Part shown: positions 18,601 to 28,110 of the stretch, one piece after another
Layout: each line of letters starts with the position of its first letter
How positions within the stretch are numbered: position 1 is the stretch's first letter
From: an uncultured virus (IMG/VR IMGVR_UViG_3300042317_001798)
Taxonomy: Duplodnaviria > Heunggongvirae > Uroviricota > Caudoviricetes
Direction: 5' to 3' (one strand)
DNA: 64,000 nt
Virus record (IMG/VR): IMGVR_UViG_3300042317_001798
Span: 1-64,000 of that record
Made by a program: the position numbers and the translations under genes
Notes under the pieces: generated by a model
What the model was told of the DNA's origin: nothing
The model's database searches: none
What the model saw: the letters and a program-made list of their open reading frames with translations, nothing else

Positions 18601-20355
18601 TTTGTTTCCAGGAGGATGCGTGCAGCCACGGGAATACTCGCAATCTCAAGAACACAAAAACAAAAGGATTTGTATGGGAAGGGTGGCGGTCAAAAAACAA
18701 TTGAAGAAGTCTTTCAGGAAGTATATGCAAATCAAGAGAAGCTAGGAATCAGCATTCCAAAAAGCAAATACGAAGAAATAATGGGCAAGGGCAAATCCGG
18801 CAGAGATAAGCGTGCATATGGGTTTTTGAATGAACTTGGTTTTTCAGGTGTACAAGACGATAATCCATTTTTTCCAGATGACTACAGCAGTATGGAAAAT
18901 GCAAGCATTGATGCAAAATTTCTTGCAAAAATGCAAGGATTTAAAGACATAGACAAGCAGGGCGACCTGCGCATGCAGTACCTTACAAAAATCACTGGAA
19001 AAAGCGGTGCGGAATTAGAAATTCTTGCAAAAAATCTTGGTGTAAACATATACGACCCGACGGTTAAATTCAATGAATTGTTAAAAGCGCTTGGCGAGAA
19101 TGTTGTGAAAACAGCGCAAGAACTCAAAAATGCATTTGTTGATTTGTTCCTTGCAGCTGGAGATATATTTAGAAAACGTCGTGAAGGAAGAGAGTCCATA
19201 CTTGCAATAAATTCTTCATCTCGAGGCCTTCGAGACACGCTTGTTTCAGGAGGCTTGAGTGATACAGAAAAAACTGTTGCCGTAGAAGGTTATTTTGAAA
19301 ATTATTTCCAGCAGATATTGGCCTCAACCGGTGGAGACCCTGTCGAAGCTTATCTTGCCACAGTTGGTTCATTTGGTACAGAAGGACAGGGCGTATATGC
19401 GCCTGGTCAGGTATTCGAGGGACAATATGGGGCCATTAATCCAAGCTACCAAACTGGAATACAAGAAGTTAAAAAAGGAATAGGAAATCAATACGGTGGT
19501 CAATTGCAGGCCATGCTTGGAGAATTAGGTTTTAACACTGACGCAAATATGGCTTCTCGACTAATCAGCGGTTTGAGCGACCAGGATATGACGAAGTTCT
19601 TGAATCTAACAAATAGGGGTGCGCTATTTACTGGAGATAAAGGCGACTATACAGACGAGGACATAAGAAACATTCTATCGACGGTTGGTCTTGGTGGACT
19701 AGCGCTTGAACGGACACCAGAAGAAGCACTTAATGAAATTGCCAACAAGACTGCCGACTTAGCTACGGCATCAGAAGGACTGAAGTCCGCAGTTGAAGAA
19801 TTCAATGGATACCTAGATGGATTCTTTGAAAACATGCAGGATAAACCAGAGTGGTGGTCAAAGTCTGCAATGGCTGAAATTATGAACCAGGACACCACAA
19901 CTCCGCGTGGTGATACAACTTCAAGCAGGCTTTCGCAGACAATGGCCCGTCACGCAGCAATGGACAGCCAACTAACTGGCAAACGAAACGTAACATCCGC
20001 CTACAGAACAGTCGGACTTGGCTCAATCAATTCAGACCATGTAACCGGAAGAGCGTATGACCTTACTGGCCAAAACCTTGGCGCATACTCGCGTCTTGTT
20101 CACGAAAACGGCGGGTTTGCAGAGTTCCACGGAACGCAAGCAAATCGACACCTACATGTAGTCCCAGCTAGAGCTGGAGACACTTCATCTCCCATGGCGC
20201 CTATGGGGATGTCAACAATGACAGCAGGTAGTGGTGGAAGCACAAACTACTTCAACATCGAGATTAATGGAGCAACGCAGTCACCAGAGGCAATCGCAAA
20301 CATGGTGATGGCAAAGATTGCTGAAAAAGAAAGAAACGCCAGGGAGCGTAGCTAA
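15643..20355 (+). CDS. Tape measure protein with C-terminal M15-like metallopeptidase motif
   Basis: 1570 aa, Ala/Gly-rich and helical, follows the chaperone; SDHVTGRAYD...HLHV near the C-terminus. Confidence 0.88.
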   Translation: MADETVNIKIKIDAKTRELRKVMAELGALKKMERRFASGRTIENYAQSTTRSISGMASKWKRSFDEIDAATKMTGKFLGGFLKLAIKSVIIEMALLSATMIGVHALFKAGQFLVKAYQGAMQFLAGGAAAAAMAIGTVAAAIREQQAAMFAYRGKGAKEFGSSMNQTRMAMRNLQSDVSLAGLGVDSLNKAFGVMSKTMNMAQINASNKTIRALMDFGSAGQDPAKAVEQVAAVVAALSDQKKGIGEVMAEAKKLGPEMQKALKDANIKTKDQFKELLFSGKLAEKGGVAGQFEAVNNTLIGQLKAYFGVIRSEFADFGDQFLEPTKKAFEEVFGIIRRDLARASAAIAGGPGFDSFTGGFVTAIDKLSNWMVTMLREYLPKAQGMFERMGNWFSNFRRGWNLLLDKLRPLIDGARVLYKAWDPIWEAIKRGADNLTLFRELLIKNEDSVAEFGQRIGDLIDSLAKYFMNMKKMFADMAPFINDLLAGVKMMFDLLSKMQTLGAGNGLASALAPLFGFAIAARGMKSVKGMMMPGVGAMSTQQMNVTAGTVNVGSAALTGPTGPSEMSRLASGGRAAAVSGSPEAKKGLASGLATAGMASKAGGSPKEFPGAGSITPSTGFFQALGIGYREPTNNGMAAATARRIEGYARRRDAALGFTTGPGIGSRIGASIMARTRDYASAAAMTPAERGGLSASEYAAGGVGGGATYGEAMRNSMTRAGAHVRYGALAGADRAQLFARRVGTAASRGMDYMRQAAYDPNLKNADGQTVGGYVNLQEQRNAIRANRDSAIDARGGKFLARQAENIRAMRQNLRLERNMTKFGAAQQKFGKSFGGRMGTAMGLGMASQYAPEEMRGAMALGATVSQLDPRLGIAVAGIGGAMTARGGLKGGLAGAAGGAALGAQFGGAYGALAGAVIGGVFGVIKGSINKGAYEMKQAREVARESIRQIFSGIATAAGTQFERNKRTYEAGGMLSGGGAFGDVAKDFVSRRMRAATGILAISRTQKQKDLYGKGGGQKTIEEVFQEVYANQEKLGISIPKSKYEEIMGKGKSGRDKRAYGFLNELGFSGVQDDNPFFPDDYSSMENASIDAKFLAKMQGFKDIDKQGDLRMQYLTKITGKSGAELEILAKNLGVNIYDPTVKFNELLKALGENVVKTAQELKNAFVDLFLAAGDIFRKRREGRESILAINSSSRGLRDTLVSGGLSDTEKTVAVEGYFENYFQQILASTGGDPVEAYLATVGSFGTEGQGVYAPGQVFEGQYGAINPSYQTGIQEVKKGIGNQYGGQLQAMLGELGFNTDANMASRLISGLSDQDMTKFLNLTNRGALFTGDKGDYTDEDIRNILSTVGLGGLALERTPEEALNEIANKTADLATASEGLKSAVEEFNGYLDGFFENMQDKPEWWSKSAMAEIMNQDTTTPRGDTTSSRLSQTMARHAAMDSQLTGKRNVTSAYRTVGLGSINSDHVTGRAYDLTGQNLGAYSRLVHENGGFAEFHGTQANRHLHVVPARAGDTSSPMAPMGMSTMTAGSGGSTNYFNIEINGATQSPEAIANMVMAKIAEKERNARERS

Positions 20356-21890
20356 TGGCCTCAACCGGAACAATCAGACTCTTTACTATTGGGTATACGG
20401 CTTCAGATTCGTTAAGCCTATTTAAGAACTACCCACTTAAAAGAAAGTATATTCAAGTCGAAAATACGTCAACACCTGTTTTCCCGGAATCGTATTCTCT
20501 CGTGTCTGCGCAAAAATACTGGTTTCCATTTGCTGAAGTAACACCATCTGACGAAGAATACATAACATATACAAACGGGGATGAATATACATTTAGTGAA
20601 CCAGACTTTCAACGGACCCCAGAGAATTCAGCAAATCCGAATAAGAATAAAGTAAATGACTATTCTGTCGGAGCAAGAATAGTTTTTGGAAACGAAGTCT
20701 ACGAGGCAGTAAATTACAAATTCAACTGGTCAGACACTGAGTTTGACTATTCAAAAAATCCATATCTTTCTGATTCCATTTATAAATGGAAAAAACTCAG
20801 CGACTCATCTAACACTTGGATACAGTATTGGTATCATCCACAGTTAAAAAGATTCTTCCCATTGGCCAACACAAACGCGCTTCAGTCATTGCCGGACGTT
20901 GGGGACTTTGACGCATCAAAATGGTCATCTTTTATAGGTGACTCAGCAGACTTGAATTTGACGAATTTTACTAATTCGCAGATAAAAGAACTCGTGTCTG
21001 GTGGGCTATCTCTTCTTGCAGCTAAAACGATAGTACTTGATGCTGATACACGAATTTCTAAAATATATAGCGGAACGATTGCCATGGATACGTTGCGCAA
21101 AACCGGAGCAATACAGAACTACGAAAATGGATTAAGCACAAGTGGAACAACGGTTGTGGTATCTAAATCAACCGGTGGCTCAGAAGGGGAGGGTGGTGAC
21201 TACTCATACTCCCTAGACCAGCCCCAGATGGTGCAGTTTTACAATAATCCAGATGGTTCAACAGCCCCAAGACCAGCACGTTTTGTTTTCGATTATCGCC
21301 CAAATAACGTTTCATATTCAAACATTGGCGCTGAATGGACCGAGATTCCGCGAGTAAATAATACGCCTTTTGTTGACTTCAAGAACTTCAAACTAATGAA
21401 GATTAGTTTCGAATTTTTGGTTGGCGACAACAACAACATCTTCACCTCATGTGACGAAAAATTACGTGAACTTCGTACTATGGCCATGCGGCCAGAACCT
21501 GTCATATTTTTAGGTTTTGACTCAATGTTCACCGAGCAACTCACCTACCCAACTTGGACCGGTGGAAGTGGAATCGTTTTTGCAATTGTCGATATGTCAA
21601 TTACTTCTGTTCAGCGAACAAGGTCAAGTAATGATTCTGTATTTAGCCAGACACCAACAGGTGAAATAAACAGAGCAACAGTAAATATGTCAATTTTAGA
21701 ATTGCCTCTAGAAACGCCGCTTATAGCAGTACTTCCAAAAATTACTCCAAGTACTTCAACTCCCGGAGGAACAACCAACAATCCAGATGACTTATGCACT
21801 CAGATATTCACTAAAAATCCAGGAATACCAGCGAATATTCGCGCAAAAATGCTGTCTACTGCTGGATGCCCTGGAATCCCAACTAAATAA
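20355..21890 (+). CDS. Baseplate / tube-initiator-like structural protein
   Basis: Follows the tape measure (TAATG overlap); C-terminal FDYRPNNVSYS...ISFEF tube-like pattern. Confidence 0.55.
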   Translation: MASTGTIRLFTIGYTASDSLSLFKNYPLKRKYIQVENTSTPVFPESYSLVSAQKYWFPFAEVTPSDEEYITYTNGDEYTFSEPDFQRTPENSANPNKNKVNDYSVGARIVFGNEVYEAVNYKFNWSDTEFDYSKNPYLSDSIYKWKKLSDSSNTWIQYWYHPQLKRFFPLANTNALQSLPDVGDFDASKWSSFIGDSADLNLTNFTNSQIKELVSGGLSLLAAKTIVLDADTRISKIYSGTIAMDTLRKTGAIQNYENGLSTSGTTVVVSKSTGGSEGEGGDYSYSLDQPQMVQFYNNPDGSTAPRPARFVFDYRPNNVSYSNIGAEWTEIPRVNNTPFVDFKNFKLMKISFEFLVGDNNNIFTSCDEKLRELRTMAMRPEPVIFLGFDSMFTEQLTYPTWTGGSGIVFAIVDMSITSVQRTRSSNDSVFSQTPTGEINRATVNMSILELPLETPLIAVLPKITPSTSTPGGTTNNPDDLCTQIFTKNPGIPANIRAKMLSTAGCPGIPTK

Positions 21891-21899
21891 TGAGAACGA

Positions 21900-23639
21900 A
21901 TGGCTGCTGACCTAACAACATTTGCTGGATGGCGCTACTCCCGTCAGTATAGGGGGCCATACCAGGGGAAGATTCTTATTGCCGACCTGTCAAACACGTC
22001 ATCAAATGGTTATGCGGACATTTCAAAACTTGTTACAAGTGTGAATGTTAGCTATTCGATGGATATGGCCTCTCAGTTGAGCTTTGAGCTGGTGGACCCA
22101 GAGCTACGCATGTCAGGACAAAATTTTTTCACTCTGGGCAGGGACATAATATATGAAACGCAAACACTTGGACGCATAGATGACGGGTCGGGAAGTGCTG
22201 CGCTCGTTAAACAGTTGTTTGAGATTTCCAAGGTGACAGTATCCCAGGGCCCTGGCAGTAGTCCTACTTTTAGTATTGATTGCTACTCCAAGGCGATACA
22301 GCAAATGAAGAGAGATAAACGACCCGACACAATCAAAGGGCAAGGAACGGATTTCGTTAGGCGTGCAGCTGCAAAATACGGTTTAAAGTTTTACGGACAA
22401 GAAACAACAAAGAAGCAAAATATAACAAAAGCTTCTGGAGAAAAACAAGCAGAATCATTGTGGGATGTAATTACCCGTCTTGCTGGAGATGCAAAATTTG
22501 TTTGTTTTGAAACTGATGGATATTTAATATTTGCATCAGAACAATTTCTTCTTCATAAATGGGGCACCAACGCAAGACAGGTACCGAAGTTTACTGTTGA
22601 CAAAACAACTGGCCAAAAGAAACAAACTGGTAAAAAAACGCAACGATGGATACCCCTTCAGTATCCTAATCAAAGTACGCCTCAATTTCAGTATCTTGGT
22701 ACACCAGGGTATTTTAAGTTGACACAATACCCAAGCATCACGAAGTCTGACAATGACCCGTATGCCGCAGATGGCTCCTGTGTTGTTGAGAGAACCAACG
22801 GAACGCAGATTCGACCAGGCATGACGGCGTATGTTGGCAACGTTCCGAACATGTCGGGTTTTTATATAATCGAATCTGTTTCATTTGACGAGATGTCTTC
22901 AGAGCCAGTAAGCGTCTCTTTTAGAACGCCGCAGCGTGATGAAGAAAAGAATAAACCAAAACTTCTGCCAATTGGCGTCACGTATCAACAAACATACGTT
23001 CCGTTTGCTGGGACACAGACCACTCCAGTAACTGTGGTCCAATCTGCAAAAAACGCAACAGGGAAAAAGATTACTTCAGAATCACTGGATGCACGCTTAC
23101 TCCCGATACCTGACCAATCAAACCAATTGCGTTACCCAAGAATGCAGTATGCAAACCTGACCATTACCTACCCAATGCTCAAGGGGGCAATAGCACAAGG
23201 CGGAGCAGGCCAAGCAAGCACAAATGATGCCGATTCAGTTCTATATACAGGCAACATAAATCTTTTCTCGCGTCCAGTTCTTCCATCAGGGTCTGATGCT
23301 CTGACAATATTTTCAATTACATACGAGTTTGAATTCGGAAGTGAATGGAGGGCAGTATTGCTCCCGGCCATATATACACAGGGTGGCGTGGCCGTACTAA
23401 AGAGCAGCGCAGAAGTAATAGCTAAATATAACGCTGACGGGGGATATCTTGGAACAGCAAAATACCTTGCTGTTGTTCGTGGTGAAACTAAGCAAAAAGC
23501 TATCTTGAATGCTCGTGATTATGCATATTTACTATCCAAACAGCAGTCTCTGATACTAGATAAGCGTTTTCCTGAATACTCTGGGTCACGTGGTTCTATT
23601 CCAAATACGGCAGGCGATTCGACATCGCTATGGGTCTAG
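21900..23639 (+). CDS. Baseplate hub protein (gpD/gp27-like)
   Basis: Position; VNVSYSMDMASQLSFELVDP, ESLWDVITRLA and IRPGMT...GFYIIESV patterns. Confidence 0.65.
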   Translation: MAADLTTFAGWRYSRQYRGPYQGKILIADLSNTSSNGYADISKLVTSVNVSYSMDMASQLSFELVDPELRMSGQNFFTLGRDIIYETQTLGRIDDGSGSAALVKQLFEISKVTVSQGPGSSPTFSIDCYSKAIQQMKRDKRPDTIKGQGTDFVRRAAAKYGLKFYGQETTKKQNITKASGEKQAESLWDVITRLAGDAKFVCFETDGYLIFASEQFLLHKWGTNARQVPKFTVDKTTGQKKQTGKKTQRWIPLQYPNQSTPQFQYLGTPGYFKLTQYPSITKSDNDPYAADGSCVVERTNGTQIRPGMTAYVGNVPNMSGFYIIESVSFDEMSSEPVSVSFRTPQRDEEKNKPKLLPIGVTYQQTYVPFAGTQTTPVTVVQSAKNATGKKITSESLDARLLPIPDQSNQLRYPRMQYANLTITYPMLKGAIAQGGAGQASTNDADSVLYTGNINLFSRPVLPSGSDALTIFSITYEFEFGSEWRAVLLPAIYTQGGVAVLKSSAEVIAKYNADGGYLGTAKYLAVVRGETKQKAILNARDYAYLLSKQQSLILDKRFPEYSGSRGSIPNTAGDSTSLWV

Positions 23640-23650
23640 GAGGATAAGCA

Positions 23651-24031
23651 ATGGCTCGTAATAGACCGGACATCGTTGATAATCAAAAAGCATCATCGCA
23701 CCCGCTTAAGGCTGGTCGGATATTCACAGCAAATGTAACGGCAGTCAATAGTTCTGGGCAAATTAGTGTTTCCATTCCTGCTATTGGTTCAACATACGGT
23801 CCGATTACTCCAATTGGAACAACAACTCTTAACAAATACTCAGTTGGAGATGTAGTGAAATGTTCATTCACGGATGAGTTCTTTAATGAAATAATGGTTT
23901 ATGGGTCTGCAAAAATAAAAGCCGACGTTTATGCCTCAAAAGTTCTTTTTGAGCAATTGCAGGCAACCGTTAGCGCTCTTCAGACGCAAGTGGCAAATCT
24001 TCAAAGTCAACTTAATTCGCATAGTCATTAG
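23651..24031 (+). CDS. Baseplate spike-like protein
   Basis: OB-fold-like N-terminus (VSIP...VGDVV), coiled coil and C-terminal HSH. Confidence 0.6.
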   Translation: MARNRPDIVDNQKASSHPLKAGRIFTANVTAVNSSGQISVSIPAIGSTYGPITPIGTTTLNKYSVGDVVKCSFTDEFFNEIMVYGSAKIKADVYASKVLFEQLQATVSALQTQVANLQSQLNSHSH

Positions 24032-24042
24032 GAGGTGAAAAG

Positions 24043-24348
24043 ATGGACATGATTCAATTCCCGGTTCAATTTGATTCGACTGGTTTTAAAAAGCTAAGAG
24101 ACGGAACAACTGACTATTATGCACAATTGCTTTCAATTATTATTCTTACAGAACCAATGACCCATCCATTCACTCCAGCTTTTGGTGCTAACGACCCTGC
24201 GTTTAGGACTGTAGATAAAGGGCTATTTGTTTTAAATGCGTCGAGGTATGTTCCAGAAATAAGAATAACCAATTTATCAACAACATCAAACGAAGGAAAC
24301 ACTGGTAAAACCAAAGTTTCTTTCGCTTTTGAAATACAAAGCTCGTAG
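24043..24348 (+). CDS. gp25-like baseplate wedge / sheath initiator
   Basis: 101 aa, ILTEPxxHPFTPAFG motif, directly before baseplate J. Confidence 0.65.
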   Translation: MDMIQFPVQFDSTGFKKLRDGTTDYYAQLLSIIILTEPMTHPFTPAFGANDPAFRTVDKGLFVLNASRYVPEIRITNLSTTSNEGNTGKTKVSFAFEIQSS

Positions 24349-24355
24349 GTTTAAA

Positions 24356-25819
24356 ATGCCAGCAGATTTTTCAGAATACGTCAACCTCACAATTTTTGAC
24401 AAGGAACCAGGCGACATTTATCGCGACTCGATTGAGTTGGCTCGACTCAGCTTGCCTGAATTCAATCTCCGTACTGGTTCTCCAGAAGACGCGATTTTTC
24501 AGGCAATGGCATATGTAAGTGCGTTGAATATTGCTGCAATAAACAGACTTCCAAATAGGCTTATGGCAGGAATTGTGGGAATGCTCGGATTTATTCGCCA
24601 GGAGGCTATTCCAGCAGAGATTGATGTCACCATCACGCTCAACACATATGATGGCGGAACAATACCTGCTGGAACGGTTTTCAGCTTTGAAGCGTTGTTT
24701 GAAGATGAATTACAGGAATTTCCATTTCAGACAACATCTGCACTGGAACTGGAACCGACTGATTTGGAGATATCTGTAGATTATCCGAGCGCATCAGCAA
24801 CCATTGTGTGTTTAACGCCAGGAATTATTCCACCAATAGATGATGGAGCTCAGTTAAAAATACTTTCTTCTGGAACACAAATCCAAACAGTAACGGTTAG
24901 AACGCCTTCAAATTTTGCAAATGGAATTAACTCAGACTCAGATACAGACTACCTATCACGAGCTACAACTTATTTGCGTTCTCTTACTTCGTCCCTCACA
25001 AGAGCAACACAAGTCGACTCATATGTTCTTTCTGAATACCCAGACGTTATAAGTCGTGTCAAAACATATGACTTGACTAATGGCGATGATACAAGCGGCG
25101 ACATAACTGTAAAAAGACAAGCCGGAGTCATAAAAACATTCTTGGATAATAACCTGGCAACAATTCAGACAGCAGCACCACACCTATTCATAACTGGTGA
25201 CACAATTGAATTAGAGGTTTTTGACCCTTCGGTAAGTGCAACATTTAATGGCTTGCATGAAATAACTGCTACCGGTTCAGATACGGTTAATTTCGTCAAA
25301 GTAGCAACAAACTCAGCAAGCACCACAGTTACTGCTTCTGCTTACGCTGGTCAGGATGTGTCTGGTTTCGTAACTGTTTTTGGATATGGCCTAAACACTT
25401 ATTTAACATCAATTGAAAAAACAAACGTTGTTGCTGACATTCGCGCAAAATCAGTTGCTGGATTAACTTTTGAAATGTTAGACCCAGAAATTTGCACATT
25501 AGAAATTTCTGGAGAAGTTGTGATAAGTGAATCGTATGATGCTGCATCCGTGGAGGGTGCCGTACTTAATGCGTTGGTCGACTTCATAAGTCCGGCAAAA
25601 TATCCATACACCCAAGATAGAGTGAGACAGACACAGCTAATATCACTTATAAGCAATGTCCCTGGTGTGGTTTTTGTTGAATCACTCACGCTCTCTCCAA
25701 CTGGTTCCGGTTGGTTGCCACAACTGGGCAACGACTTGCTATTTCATAAAAAAGGCTCATTGCCAATAATTGCAGTTGAAGACATTGACCTTACGTTTAC
25801 GGTATTGGAAATAAGTTAA
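24356..25819 (+). CDS. Baseplate J-like wedge protein
   Basis: TIPAGT, GINSDSDTDYLSR and ISNVPGVVFV motifs; start moved to ATG 24356. Confidence 0.8.
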   Translation: MPADFSEYVNLTIFDKEPGDIYRDSIELARLSLPEFNLRTGSPEDAIFQAMAYVSALNIAAINRLPNRLMAGIVGMLGFIRQEAIPAEIDVTITLNTYDGGTIPAGTVFSFEALFEDELQEFPFQTTSALELEPTDLEISVDYPSASATIVCLTPGIIPPIDDGAQLKILSSGTQIQTVTVRTPSNFANGINSDSDTDYLSRATTYLRSLTSSLTRATQVDSYVLSEYPDVISRVKTYDLTNGDDTSGDITVKRQAGVIKTFLDNNLATIQTAAPHLFITGDTIELEVFDPSVSATFNGLHEITATGSDTVNFVKVATNSASTTVTASAYAGQDVSGFVTVFGYGLNTYLTSIEKTNVVADIRAKSVAGLTFEMLDPEICTLEISGEVVISESYDAASVEGAVLNALVDFISPAKYPYTQDRVRQTQLISLISNVPGVVFVESLTLSPTGSGWLPQLGNDLLFHKKGSLPIIAVEDIDLTFTVLEIS

Positions 25820-25821
25820 CA

Positions 25822-27033
25822 ATGGCTACAACACGTAACCTTTTGCCATACGATAGTGCGCTGCTTCGAGTAAATGATAGTGGACAAATTGTTGAACTCG
25901 GCGCATATTCAAACGATTGGGAATCAACTAACTCGGAATTAACAATAGTTTCAACTAACTTTTTGGTTGATACTCGTTACGTTCTGCAATTAAACCCATC
26001 ATCTACTGGTGAAATATTAGTAACACTAGAAGATGTTCCATTATATCTCGAAGACAATGGACGAATTCTTTCCTTTAATATGCGAATCAAAGCGCTGTCT
26101 TCTGTCGATTTATCAACAATGATTTATCTTGATGGTTCATCAACTGGAATTGAAGGAAATATTCAGTCATTTAGCAGCGGTGAATACAACGCTATTCAGT
26201 CAAATAGAATAACCGTTCCGGATGATTCAGAGCTTCACACCTTAAGTGTAAGAATATCTATCACTGGACATAATGCGTCAAACATATGGTTGACATGTCC
26301 ACACCTAATTCACGACCTGGATTTCTACTCTAATGATTTCGTATCTGGAATACGAAATTTTCTACCTGATTTTTACTGGGAACTTGACTCATCTCAGTCA
26401 TATCCGACTTATCCTTTTTTTAGACTTATTGACGTGCTTACATCTGCTGCTGGTGACACAAAATCTGAATACGAAGAGATGTACGGTCTTGAGGCCGAAG
26501 AGCTGGTAACACAGGACGAGGGAATTCTCAGTTGGGTTCAGAGTTCGCTTGTTTCTCCATCAGCGGCTCGAGACGCGTATTTGAGTTGGCTGGCTCAATT
26601 CAATGGGGAAAGAATCCATCGTAACTTTCAGTTATCTGATGGGACTCTTTATTTCAATAACGCCGGTCTTCAGCGAGACTTTGTGGAGTGGCAGCTCTAT
26701 GGGAGCCATTATGGAAGAGGTGCTGGGACAAGACATGCAATGATTGAATCTGCAAAACAGATGACAATCAGGACAAAAGATGGAGAGGCTTCCACACAGT
26801 CTGTTTCGTTGACGCCATATTTCGGTGGAGACCCTTTTGCGATTCGCATTCAGACGCTAACAAACGAAACAATTGATGCAAATGTCGGTGAATCAAGCGA
26901 TGCCATACTCCAATCAGTGAATATGGCTAGACCTATGGGATACGTGGTTACTCACCAAACTATTGACGAATTCTTCTTAACACTTGATGACGTCACGTAT
27001 GGTTTGCTTGATGGAAGCATCTCGTTCGGGTGA
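25822..27033 (+). CDS. Baseplate wedge / gpI-like protein
   Basis: LPDFYW...YLSWLAQFNG...GAGT...ARPMG pattern after baseplate J. Confidence 0.6.
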   Translation: MATTRNLLPYDSALLRVNDSGQIVELGAYSNDWESTNSELTIVSTNFLVDTRYVLQLNPSSTGEILVTLEDVPLYLEDNGRILSFNMRIKALSSVDLSTMIYLDGSSTGIEGNIQSFSSGEYNAIQSNRITVPDDSELHTLSVRISITGHNASNIWLTCPHLIHDLDFYSNDFVSGIRNFLPDFYWELDSSQSYPTYPFFRLIDVLTSAAGDTKSEYEEMYGLEAEELVTQDEGILSWVQSSLVSPSAARDAYLSWLAQFNGERIHRNFQLSDGTLYFNNAGLQRDFVEWQLYGSHYGRGAGTRHAMIESAKQMTIRTKDGEASTQSVSLTPYFGGDPFAIRIQTLTNETIDANVGESSDAILQSVNMARPMGYVVTHQTIDEFFLTLDDVTYGLLDGSISFG

Positions 27034-27086
27034 CCAGTATGAAACATAATGCTAAAATAAAACACAATAATTTAGGAGATTTCTAA

Positions 27087-28109
27087 ATGGCCGGTACAGG
27101 TGTAAGACTATTTCTATCTGGTGATACTGCATATGCAGCAGACATAAACACGTATCTCATGGACCAGGTGGTTGCGCGTTTCGCGACCACAGCAGCGCGC
27201 GATGCGGCGTTTGGCGACGGAATTCCCGTATCCCAAGGAGGAAGCGGCAAGCCAGCGCTGTCCGAAGGCCGCATTTGTTATATCGATGAATTGAACTTAA
27301 TTCAATATTACAACGGCGCTTCGTGGCAGGACTCAGCGCAATTTACGGTTGGAGATGGTGCAATCACCACGCAAAAGCTAGCTGCCAACTCTGTAACATC
27401 TGACAAAATTGCCCCAGGCACGGTAATAGCAGCAGATATTGCTGCTGGGACAATTACCGCAACAGAACTAGCAGATGGTGCTGTTACATCAGGAAAGATT
27501 CTTGACGGAACGATTGTCAACGCTGATATAAACACTTCGGCGGCAATTGCATACAGCAAGTTGAACCTAGCAACATCTATCGTTAATGCTGATATAAATG
27601 CTTCTGCTGCGATAGATAAAACCAAAATATCTGGAACAGCTGTGACCCTGGCTGACACTGGAGTGATTACCAGTGCGATGATTGAAAACGATTCGATTGT
27701 CAATGCCGACATCAAGAGTAACGCAGCAATTGCTTATAGCAAATTGAGTCTGTCTGGTTCGATTACGACAACAGATTTAGCTACTGGTGCAGCTCGCTCT
27801 GGGTTTAGGTCACCGATTGTTGCTCAGCAAGGTGCGACACACACAATTGCGGCTTCCGATGTTGGTGGTTTAGTGGTGCTTTCGTCTTGTACTTCGGTTG
27901 TCATACCAACCTCTGATGCAACATTTACAGTTGGGGACAGAATAGATTTTCTTCAAACAGGCACACAAGTAGTTACATTTAGCGCCACATCCCCACAAAC
28001 CGTTGGCGGGTTTGACGCTCAATTAAAACTTGGAGGACAGTTCGCAGTTGCAACACTTGTAAAGTATGCAGCAAATACATGGGTTCTAGTTGGAAATATA
28101 ACGAGTTAA
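27087..28109 (+). CDS. Tail fibre-like protein 1 with shared C-terminal adaptor domain
   Basis: IVNADI..SAAI..SKL repeats; ends ...ATLVKYAANTWVLVGNITS. Confidence 0.7.
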   Translation: MAGTGVRLFLSGDTAYAADINTYLMDQVVARFATTAARDAAFGDGIPVSQGGSGKPALSEGRICYIDELNLIQYYNGASWQDSAQFTVGDGAITTQKLAANSVTSDKIAPGTVIAADIAAGTITATELADGAVTSGKILDGTIVNADINTSAAIAYSKLNLATSIVNADINASAAIDKTKISGTAVTLADTGVITSAMIENDSIVNADIKSNAAIAYSKLSLSGSITTTDLATGAARSGFRSPIVAQQGATHTIAASDVGGLVVLSSCTSVVIPTSDATFTVGDRIDFLQTGTQVVTFSATSPQTVGGFDAQLKLGGQFAVATLVKYAANTWVLVGNITS

Positions 28110-28110
28110 C

